From a virus, in the IMG/VR virus record IMGVR_UViG_3300035180_000246, positions 9,859 through 73,858 of that record: 64,000 bases of DNA, one strand, 5' to 3'. Both the position numbers and the translations under genes were made by a program. The notes under the pieces are model-generated. The model ran no database searches. It worked only from the letters and a program-made list of their open reading frames with translations, and was not told the DNA's origin. Positions 26,766 through 35,040 of the stretch are shown here, in pieces (the first letter of the stretch is position 1; each line of letters starts with the position of its first letter).

Positions 26766-27371
26766 ATGTTTAACATTGTAAAAATACCTGCAGGAGATAC
26801 TGCTGTACTCCAGTCAAGCAGTTATGATTTATATACCTATACTGTGTATGTAGGTGAACACGTAGTAGATATCCCTTTAGGCGATTCTTTATGGTTAATT
26901 GGTGATACCTGTGCCAGTGTACATAGAGGTGGTACTAAAGTTAGAAGTGAATCTTTAGCTGTATTAATCAGAGGTTACCAATGTGAAAGTAAAGCATCTA
27001 GTTATGAGAGTATGGTAAATTTACCGTATATTAATGGCTGTAGTTCACAACAAGTGTTCCCTCCTGTAAGACATGGTGATCCTACGCTACAGCTGCTGTA
27101 TATGCCTAAAGGTACTAAAGAACAAGCTCACCATATCCACTCAACTGTTAGAGTGGTTAGGGTTATTGGTGGAAGTGGTTACAGTATTCAAGGTATGACA
27201 GATGAGTCTAAAGTTCCGTTAAATCCTGGCGATGTGCTAGTGCTTGATAAGATGACACCACACCACTTTATTACTGAAGATGCTTACTTACTTGTAGCAC
27301 CTATGCATGTGTATAGCTCTACAGTATTAGAGAATAATCATCCAATGCGTAATGGTACATTTGAAATTTAG
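26766..27371 (+). CDS. Cupin-domain protein
   Basis: QAHHIHST..VRVIGGSG...LNPGDVLVLDKMTPHHF, matching cupin motifs 1 and 2 with His ligands. Confidence 0.85.
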   Translation: MFNIVKIPAGDTAVLQSSSYDLYTYTVYVGEHVVDIPLGDSLWLIGDTCASVHRGGTKVRSESLAVLIRGYQCESKASSYESMVNLPYINGCSSQQVFPPVRHGDPTLQLLYMPKGTKEQAHHIHSTVRVVRVIGGSGYSIQGMTDESKVPLNPGDVLVLDKMTPHHFITEDAYLLVAPMHVYSSTVLENNHPMRNGTFEI

Positions 27372-28272
27372 TAGGAGTATTCGTATGTTAGGTTTAGAAA
27401 ATTCAGCAGATTCTGTAAGATTCTTTCAGTTTTTTGGTGTAATACCTTGCGATAGGACAGGTACATTAGAAGGTTTAATCAATACTGTAAATACTGCCCC
27501 TACTGCTGAAGATAGAGTTGAGTACGTAAATACCACTTTTCAAGAATGTATTGATATGCAGATTGAAAAAATTAAAGCACATCCAATTAAAGATGTAGTA
27601 CTTCTTTGGAGTGGCGGTATAGATTCTACTTTAGTATTCTATGCTTTAGTTGCTGCTGGAATTACATTTAGTGTAGGTATGTCTTTATCATCTGTTAAAG
27701 AGTATCCTATGCTTGCTGCACAAATACAACAAGATGTATCAACAGTAGGTAGTAGAATGTTTCCTACACTTCTAGCCTATGAGTTTATTAGAGAAATGCC
27801 TGAAGGATTCTTAGACAATAAGCTAGTAATTACTGGGGAAATCGGAGATCAGTTAGTAGGTAGTGTACAAATGTTGAACTACACTGACCAACAAAGGTGT
27901 ATGCCTTACGATGAAGTATTGAATACTAGTGAGTATGGTTTATTTGATAACGTTATAAAAACACTTGTTAATACCGACAGTTTAACGTTAGGTGAATTTC
28001 TATGGGGCATGAATTTTGTATTTAAGTATCATGATGTATTAGATAGGATTTCTGATAAACCTTTCTTTGGTACTGGTAGCATTGCTTTTAACTTTTTTGA
28101 CAGCATACCTTTACAAGTATGGAGTATAAATAATTACAAGCAAAATGCTAATTTTACTAAACAAACTGACTACAAAAAAGTATATAAGCAGTACATTTAC
28201 GATGCTAATGGTGATGAAGTGTACTTCAAGTATAAACGTAAAGTAGTGTCTTTACCTCAAATTAATAGATAA
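27352..28272 (+). CDS. Asparagine-synthetase C-domain-like ATP pyrophosphatase (no glutaminase domain)
   Basis: PP-loop VLLWSGGIDST, ITGEIGDQLVG, K..YK..I, KRKV.SL. Confidence 0.8.
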   Translation: MVHLKFSRSIRMLGLENSADSVRFFQFFGVIPCDRTGTLEGLINTVNTAPTAEDRVEYVNTTFQECIDMQIEKIKAHPIKDVVLLWSGGIDSTLVFYALVAAGITFSVGMSLSSVKEYPMLAAQIQQDVSTVGSRMFPTLLAYEFIREMPEGFLDNKLVITGEIGDQLVGSVQMLNYTDQQRCMPYDEVLNTSEYGLFDNVIKTLVNTDSLTLGEFLWGMNFVFKYHDVLDRISDKPFFGTGSIAFNFFDSIPLQVWSINNYKQNANFTKQTDYKKVYKQYIYDANGDEVYFKYKRKVVSLPQINR

Positions 28273-28287
28273 TGTAAGTAGTGTGTG

Positions 28288-28296
28288 TGTTATAAT
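28288..28296 (+). promoter_or_regulatory. Extended -10 sigma70 promoter for the tail genes
   Basis: TGTTATAAT in the intergenic gap. Confidence 0.65.
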
Positions 28297-28351
28297 TTAC
28301 CGTAAATAGATAAATTGATAACTAACTCTCAGCTGTATTGGAGTTTACTTA

Positions 28352-28990
28352 ATGTTAGTAAGTACTGTGTTAAATGATGTAGCTTCTGGAGATATTTATA
28401 ATATAGCTCTAGGAGAGTCATTTAGAAATAATCCTTATAATGCTGCTAACGCTGATGCTGCCAATACTCTGATTAGCTATCTAAATCTAGCACTTACAGA
28501 ATTGAGCACTAGGTTTAATATAAAAACAACTGTAGTTACTGTACCTACTTATGAAGGTATTCGATTATATACGCTTAGAGATCCTGACTTAATTAGGGTA
28601 CTTGAAGTGTATGATGATTTTGGAGTGCCTTTAACATTTCCGAATACAGTTGATGATCTTGATTCTTTTGACATTAAAGAAGTTACATTCAACACTTTTT
28701 TAGTAAACAATCCTTTAAATGACCTACACCTTAATTTTGTATGTAAGATGCTACTTCCTGAAGTAACAGATATTTCAGAAGATATAGCTATTTCTAGAAT
28801 GTTTTTAGAACCTGTATGTAACTACATAGCGTATAAAGCTTATAGTTCTTTAGGTGGACCTAATAATCAAAAAACAAGTGATAGTTATTTTGCACGTTTT
28901 GAGAACAATTGTACAAAATTGTTAGAACGAGGATTTACAAATAATCAAGAAAGCTTGTTTAAAAATGTACGTAACAAAGGCTTTGTATAA
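28352..28990 (+). CDS. Head-tail adaptor / tail protein (N4 gp67-like)
   Basis: YLNLALTELSTRF, LEPVCNYIAYKAY, YFARFENNC..L, terminal KGFV; follows terL as in N4-like phages. Confidence 0.8.
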   Translation: MLVSTVLNDVASGDIYNIALGESFRNNPYNAANADAANTLISYLNLALTELSTRFNIKTTVVTVPTYEGIRLYTLRDPDLIRVLEVYDDFGVPLTFPNTVDDLDSFDIKEVTFNTFLVNNPLNDLHLNFVCKMLLPEVTDISEDIAISRMFLEPVCNYIAYKAYSSLGGPNNQKTSDSYFARFENNCTKLLERGFTNNQESLFKNVRNKGFV

Positions 28991-29423
28991 CATTATGGCT
29001 ACAGAAAATAATAACATTTACACAGATGATGGTAGTGTCAGTACAAATAATGGTACTATTGATGGGGAAAATGTAGCTTGCGTTTTTACAGAAAAGCCAA
29101 CATGTATAGATGCTAATAGAAAATCTAGAAGCATATCAACTACAAATTTAAGTAATAATAGGTACTCTAACTACAGGCAAGGTGTCTATTATACTGTAAC
29201 AAAATTTCAAACAAGTGGTACTGATACTCTAGTAGATTACGAATATAGTCGCTTATTTGCTAAAATTTTAGATGTGTTTTTTATCCATAAAAACTCAAAT
29301 GTACTATCAGATGATCAGTTAAAATTATTATCAAAGTTTGCTGATACTAGTTACAATACTTTTACTATGCCGTTAGATGTTATACGTCTAGATCAATTCT
29401 TAGGAGCATTCCGTGAATACTAA
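28965..29423 (+). CDS. Putative tail-associated protein
   Basis: Position; likely start at MATENN. Confidence 0.6.
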   Translation: MYVTKALYNIMATENNNIYTDDGSVSTNNGTIDGENVACVFTEKPTCIDANRKSRSISTTNLSNNRYSNYRQGVYYTVTKFQTSGTDTLVDYEYSRLFAKILDVFFIHKNSNVLSDDQLKLLSKFADTSYNTFTMPLDVIRLDQFLGAFREY

Positions 29424-30912
29424 TAGCTTTATTACCAATGTAAATATACTGGTAGATAATTTAGAAGAAATAGCATCTTTTAACTATTTGAGCAGTAACA
29501 AAAAAACTCTAGATGACTTTGTAGCAAGTGGTGTTTCAGAGTACTTACCTTTAGTTGAAGATCTAGTTAAAGGAACTTATAAAGGCAATAGACAAATACA
29601 ATTAAACATCTATCGTAACCTTCCTATAAATGTACAAACTGACTTAGAAAGCTTTTTTAATCAGTATTTAGTCAACAATATAAATACTGAAATTGACTAT
29701 AGTCACTATGTACCAGAGCTGACTCAATATAAAGCTGTCAAATTTGTGCTACTTGATAACTCAATAGTTACTTATAACTTCGATAGTGTAAGTGCTAATA
29801 CAAGTTCTATAGCTACAATATTCGACCAAATAGGTCTAGCTTTGACATCAAATTCCAATGTAATTATTAATACTAGTAAGGCTTTAATACGTAATTACAC
29901 TTTAGATTTTAGTGCTGTACTCTATGATCATTTAAACCAATTTAGCAATATACAGCAAATTTTATTGATTACATCTGACAACTCTGTACAAACTTTTGAT
30001 TGGAGTTCTTCGACTTCTTCTGTAGAATACTTGTCTGGTAACCTCGATGAAATCATTAATGTAGTAGTACCTACAATCGTAAATACTAAAAATGAAATTC
30101 AAATTATTGCTGATAATGCCACTGCTGCGGTAAATGCTGCTGATGCTTCAATTACTCAAAGTACTATTGCGCTAAATGCCTCTACTACTGCACTGAATGC
30201 CGCTGATGTCTTAATTAGTGAAAGTACTGCTGCAGTAAACTCTTCTAATGATTTATTAGCTGCTGCTAACACTTTAATTAATACAAGCACTACTACGCTT
30301 GCTTCCTACACTACTGTGTTAAATACCAGTACTACTGCATTAAGTACTGCTAATAGTGAATTAGCATCATCTACTACTGCAGTAAATACTGCTAATACTT
30401 TGATTGTTGAAAGCACTACTGCGGTAAATGCTTCTAACGTTTTAATCAGTGAGAGTACTGCTGCATTAGACGCTTATACTGCTGCGCTAAATGCTTCTAA
30501 TACAACAGTAGATGCCTTAAATAGTAATATGGGTAATTTGGTTAACTATACTGCTACAAGTGTTACAGTGTCGTCTAACAGTTCTCATATAGTGTTAATC
30601 ACTAATAGTGTTCCTTCTTGGTACATGGTTTACAGTTTGAGTGCAGTACCATCAGATGTCCAAGCTAACTATACTATAAGCATTTATAATGGTGATGCTT
30701 CTCAAAGTTCTGTAGTAAATGATACAAGTAATCTGTCATATCTATCGTCTAACAATTCAGGAGAATTGCTAGATAATATTCCTTTTGCAGTTATTGGATC
30801 TTCTGCCACTAAAAGTATCGTTATCAATAATAGTAGTGGTGTAAGTAATACTTTTAATATTGTTTTAGCTGCTACTAGATACGATGTACCATCAACGACA
30901 GTGGTAATTTAA
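29413..30912 (+). CDS. Putative tail fibre or appendage with a heptad coiled-coil shaft
   Basis: STTA(L/V)N(A/T)-type heptads at about 30110-30530. Confidence 0.7.
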   Translation: MNTNSFITNVNILVDNLEEIASFNYLSSNKKTLDDFVASGVSEYLPLVEDLVKGTYKGNRQIQLNIYRNLPINVQTDLESFFNQYLVNNINTEIDYSHYVPELTQYKAVKFVLLDNSIVTYNFDSVSANTSSIATIFDQIGLALTSNSNVIINTSKALIRNYTLDFSAVLYDHLNQFSNIQQILLITSDNSVQTFDWSSSTSSVEYLSGNLDEIINVVVPTIVNTKNEIQIIADNATAAVNAADASITQSTIALNASTTALNAADVLISESTAAVNSSNDLLAAANTLINTSTTTLASYTTVLNTSTTALSTANSELASSTTAVNTANTLIVESTTAVNASNVLISESTAALDAYTAALNASNTTVDALNSNMGNLVNYTATSVTVSSNSSHIVLITNSVPSWYMVYSLSAVPSDVQANYTISIYNGDASQSSVVNDTSNLSYLSSNNSGELLDNIPFAVIGSSATKSIVINNSSGVSNTFNIVLAATRYDVPSTTVVI

Positions 30913-30913
30913 T

Positions 30914-33900
30914 ATGAGTAGTTATTTAGATAAGTTATGCGTTTATAGTGATAAGTATAGAGCTGGACAGGATTTAATTAATTTAAGATTAGCGTATAAA
31001 GAGTTAATCGAAATAAGTTTTCCTGCAAACTTTAGCTATCCAAACACCACTGCCGTAGTTCAATCAGACTGGGTTACGGATGTAGATCAAACTTTGTCTG
31101 CTTCTATTCGAGAGAAAAGAACTTTCTGTACTAAAGGTAAAGCTATTGTAAATTTTACTGGTACTACATGTATTATTAGAGTAGGTATATCTTATGGTTG
31201 GGGGGATGCGGATGTCTATATTGATGGTGTAAAACCATCTACAATTACTAACGTAGTTAGTCCCTTAGATACTGTATCTTCAAATGAGACTGTCAATGTC
31301 AATACTGGATATTACGATTACGTACTAGCAGACAATTTACTATCAGGGCAGCATACACTTGAATTGTATGTTAATAACAGTGCAGGTGTTCCTTTCGTAT
31401 TTACATGTGTAAAATACACGGATAATACTAGCAGTAGTTTAGTTTTGAACTTACCTTCACCTATGTATGTAAATCCTTATGTAAATTTAGATGCATATGG
31501 CAATACTCAACTTGCTACAGAACATGCTAAACAGTTGTATAATTTGTGCAATTCTCATAGTAATAACGTAAATATAAAGATACAAAACCTAACTTCAAAT
31601 AGTATTTATAATACAAACATAACTTTAATTAGTAATCCATCTATAGATTATTTAAATTTTGGACTTGATGCCGTTTCTGGAGAAGTATTAAGTGTACAAG
31701 CTTACCCTACAAATACTTTAACTTTTGCTTCAGATAGTACTCTACTAAATGATACTACTATTACAACTGGCATTAGTGTTTTACCTCAGTATGTAACAAC
31801 ATTTAATAACCAATCTATATACCTTCAATTGTCTGCTGAATATCCAGATCCTAATGGAAGTATTATACGAACTAATGCTACTATTGTACCTTTGGATTCA
31901 AGCCTTGTTACATATACAGGTAGTTGGAGTTATGATAATGACTTTAGCGAAAAACGTTATTATGCTGATACCTCTAGTGCTAGATTCTCGTTTTCAGCTA
32001 AGGGTACTCTAACTATTAGAGTTCAGAAAGATTGGGGTTGGGGAAAATTTACTGTATATAAGGATGGTGTTTTATTTTCTAACGCATCAACTTTAACGTG
32101 TGGTGCTGATACAGATCCTTCACCATATTTTGAAGATATTGTTGTAGGAGATTTAGGGTCGAGTTTGTGTACTGTACAGGTAAGAAACGCAGCAAATAAT
32201 ACTGTTGTGTTTACAGGTGTTAAGTACGAATATAACGCTACATTTACTAGTGTTATCGAGAATATAACAGTTAATGCAAATTTACTACATGTACCGAACT
32301 ATACTCCTTACGAGTATTCTCAAGTATTGCCACACATAATCGATGGTAAAGTTTCCATTGGTAGTGTTGATATGTCTAGCAAAACTACTGATTTAACTAT
32401 ACCAGCTATTAGTAATTACGAACAACCTTTAAAAACTTCTGTAGATGTTTACGTAAGATTTCCTTCATATAATATTTGTTATATGGGTGGTTTTGATAAA
32501 GAGTTAAGTACCTACGATTTAGTAGTAACAGATCCTTATGCTACATCAAACAGTAAAGTTGATGCTTATCATAAAGCTGGCTGTAAGGTTATGTTGTATA
32601 TATCTTTTGGTGAAGAAGATGCAGTAAATACTAAATTATATGATTTTGCAAATACTAGCGTAGAACCTTGGAGTGTTTCTACAGCAGGATCTGATGTAGG
32701 TAATTCAGGTCCAGGTGGGTATGCTAGTTACTACTGTAAAGATAACGATAATTTCTCAGAAATCAGTGAATGCACGCATGACAACTCTAGATCAGGTACA
32801 AAAACTTGCAGTATAAACAGAAGTGAATATTTTTCTGGTTTAGGCAGATGTTCTAAAATTTGCACCAAAGATTCTGTTAATGGTTACGTTACTTACAGTG
32901 CAGGAGGTAATTGTGGTGGAGGGTATAACTCAACCAATTACTGGAGTAGAGATGCTATGTCAGCATGTAGTAACTCTTCCTGCCCTCAATACATACCTAA
33001 TAATCATAAATGTCCTGTATACGAAGGTGGTGCAGGTTGGGGTCAAGATTTTTCAGTTGTAACTGTAAACTTTCCAGATCAAAACGGTATTTGGGGTTCT
33101 AGTTTTATTAATGCAGGAAATATCAATTGGCACAATAGAATACTAAAATACTATCTACCAATTATATTTGGTCCTAGACAAAGTCCTGTAACTTTTACAG
33201 CTACACTACTTTCTGTAGATTCAGGTGGTGGAGCTAATAGTGGGTTAGGTTTTAGAGTCCCATACATTAGTGAGAGTGCTAGTACTAGCTACCCTGATGG
33301 TAGACAGGGATATTTTCCTGTGGATACCGATGAACCCCTAGAAATTAAGTACGGTAATGTTGTTTTAGTAAAAGATTTAGATTATAGCTACAATACCAAA
33401 TTAGGTACATTTGTAGTTCAATCTGGTGCCTCTGGTTTAACACTAAAGGCAGGTGATCAATTAACTGTAACTTTAACTTATTTTTCTCCAAATGCAGATG
33501 GTGTATTTATGGATACTATGGATAGTGTAGATATATATCCTTCTACAAATTATCAGACTGGTATGGTAGATCTTGTAAGTAAAGTACGTATAAGTTGGTC
33601 TAACAAAGAAATTTGTTCTAATAGAGGATTCACCGTTCTAGGTAGTACTGTTAAAGATATTAATTACGTTATGGCAGAAAGTATTCGTTCTGAGTATAAT
33701 TGGAGTACAGGTCAGTATTACACAATTACAGATCCTGAAACTGTTGCCTATAATCAAGGTATAATCGATCAGCTAAGAGCACTAAGACAAAATCATGTAT
33801 TTGATGTACTATCTTTAAATTATGCAGCTGATGATTCTTCTGGTGATACAATAAGAGAATCAAATACATTAGCAGATTATCAAGATGGGTTTTTATCAGC

Positions 33901-34009
33901 TACTGCTAATATTTTACTAAATAATGTTTTACCTTTTAAACCAGTCAATTTAGCTAATTTAAGAATAAAAACTAACTTATTTACAAAAGTAGGTGAATAT
34001 GAGCAGTAA
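30914..34009 (+). CDS. Putative virion depolymerase: two CBM-like beta-sandwiches plus a GH114/PelA-like TIM barrel
   Basis: YDLVVTDP, GCKVMLYISFGE, ADGVFMDTMDS, NRGF, VMAES, VLSLNY; duplicated GWG.(A/F).VY.DGV modules. Confidence 0.8.
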   Translation: MSSYLDKLCVYSDKYRAGQDLINLRLAYKELIEISFPANFSYPNTTAVVQSDWVTDVDQTLSASIREKRTFCTKGKAIVNFTGTTCIIRVGISYGWGDADVYIDGVKPSTITNVVSPLDTVSSNETVNVNTGYYDYVLADNLLSGQHTLELYVNNSAGVPFVFTCVKYTDNTSSSLVLNLPSPMYVNPYVNLDAYGNTQLATEHAKQLYNLCNSHSNNVNIKIQNLTSNSIYNTNITLISNPSIDYLNFGLDAVSGEVLSVQAYPTNTLTFASDSTLLNDTTITTGISVLPQYVTTFNNQSIYLQLSAEYPDPNGSIIRTNATIVPLDSSLVTYTGSWSYDNDFSEKRYYADTSSARFSFSAKGTLTIRVQKDWGWGKFTVYKDGVLFSNASTLTCGADTDPSPYFEDIVVGDLGSSLCTVQVRNAANNTVVFTGVKYEYNATFTSVIENITVNANLLHVPNYTPYEYSQVLPHIIDGKVSIGSVDMSSKTTDLTIPAISNYEQPLKTSVDVYVRFPSYNICYMGGFDKELSTYDLVVTDPYATSNSKVDAYHKAGCKVMLYISFGEEDAVNTKLYDFANTSVEPWSVSTAGSDVGNSGPGGYASYYCKDNDNFSEISECTHDNSRSGTKTCSINRSEYFSGLGRCSKICTKDSVNGYVTYSAGGNCGGGYNSTNYWSRDAMSACSNSSCPQYIPNNHKCPVYEGGAGWGQDFSVVTVNFPDQNGIWGSSFINAGNINWHNRILKYYLPIIFGPRQSPVTFTATLLSVDSGGGANSGLGFRVPYISESASTSYPDGRQGYFPVDTDEPLEIKYGNVVLVKDLDYSYNTKLGTFVVQSGASGLTLKAGDQLTVTLTYFSPNADGVFMDTMDSVDIYPSTNYQTGMVDLVSKVRISWSNKEICSNRGFTVLGSTVKDINYVMAESIRSEYNWSTGQYYTITDPETVAYNQGIIDQLRALRQNHVFDVLSLNYAADDSSGDTIRESNTLADYQDGFLSATANILLNNVLPFKPVNLANLRIKTNLFTKVGEYEQ

Positions 34010-34274
34010 CTTTAATCCGTTTTTTACATCTGTACCTTTAGTAATTCAGTATGTTACTACAACTGTATTAGATAACGGTACTGCAAATCCTACTGTAGTT
34101 CAGACATCTTTTAACAATACTAACAGGGTATGGGTAAGGTTGCCTAATTCTAGACTGTATCCAAGCATTCCTAAAGATTTCGACATAATTGCGAGCATAA
34201 GTACACAAGGTAGGGGTAGCATACCTGATGTTATTCAGACTAACAAACTTAAACCTTATATGGCTAATACCTAA
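33993..34274 (+). CDS. Hypothetical tail-region protein
   Basis: 93 aa; overlaps the upstream gene. Confidence 0.65.
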   Translation: MNMSSNFNPFFTSVPLVIQYVTTTVLDNGTANPTVVQTSFNNTNRVWVRLPNSRLYPSIPKDFDIIASISTQGRGSIPDVIQTNKLKPYMANT

Positions 34275-34276
34275 TT

Positions 34277-34591
34277 ATGGAAATAATTACACATAGAATA
34301 GGCAGTACTTTTGAATTGCAATGTCAATATACGGATACTAGTAATCTACCTATTGATATTACAAGCATTGCCATTAAGAGCCAGATTAGAGATTCTACTA
34401 ATAAACTTATAGCAAACTGTACAGTAACTATAGTAGATCCAGCATTGGGTAAATTTACTATGAGAGTAAGTAATACTTCAAATTGGCCTGTAGCTAAGCT
34501 TTCTCAAGACATTCAATATGTACTATCTGATGGTAGAACTATTATTACTACTCCTTTTACTATCTATACTGTAGCATCTGTAACAGTATGA
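34277..34591 (+). CDS. BppU-N-like tail adaptor protein
   Basis: GSTF...D....PIDIT...KSQIR...GKF......T..WP....DIQ pattern. Confidence 0.65.
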   Translation: MEIITHRIGSTFELQCQYTDTSNLPIDITSIAIKSQIRDSTNKLIANCTVTIVDPALGKFTMRVSNTSNWPVAKLSQDIQYVLSDGRTIITTPFTIYTVASVTV

Positions 34592-35025
34592 GTGATTTAC
34601 TTAGTCTTACTTCGGTATTCCATTCAGACAGTAATGTCAATTTAGTTGTTAGTACAAATAATACTGAAGTACATACCACAGAATACCCTACTAAACTAAC
34701 TTTACTAGATACCGCTAAAACTTCTATACTAGTTGGTACTACCAATATAGTAGTAACTTCAAGTCTTACGGGTTCTCAAGGCCCTAAAGGAGATAAAGGA
34801 GATAAAGGGGACAAAGGAGATAGTTCTGTAATTCCTCTACTAGATGCTGCTTTTATCTACGGTGGTGGTAGATTGATTAGAGTAAACTACGCAGATGGTT
34901 CTTATAGGAATTTTACGTATTTAGGTGATAAGTTAGTACAGGTAATCTATACTAAAGGTTCTATAAACGAAACAAGAACTCTAAATTACTTAGGTGATAT
35001 TCTTGTTAGTGTAGTAAATACTTAA
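34588..35025 (+). CDS. Tail protein with a short collagen-like repeat
   Basis: GSQGPKGDKGDKGDKGD at 34771-34821. Confidence 0.75.
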   Translation: MSDLLSLTSVFHSDSNVNLVVSTNNTEVHTTEYPTKLTLLDTAKTSILVGTTNIVVTSSLTGSQGPKGDKGDKGDKGDSSVIPLLDAAFIYGGGRLIRVNYADGSYRNFTYLGDKLVQVIYTKGSINETRTLNYLGDILVSVVNT

Positions 35026-35040
35026 TAAAGGCTAATATAA

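Noticed and set aside
27352-28272. QueC / 7-deazaguanine DNA-modification gene (SGGxDS motif)
   Set aside because: Lacks the QueC C-terminal Cys zinc cluster, has the AsnB-type TGExGD motif instead, and no folE, queD, queE or dpdA is in the window
26466-28272. Lasso peptide cluster
   Set aside because: No recognisable leader peptidase, RRE or precursor with a lasso leader/core pattern
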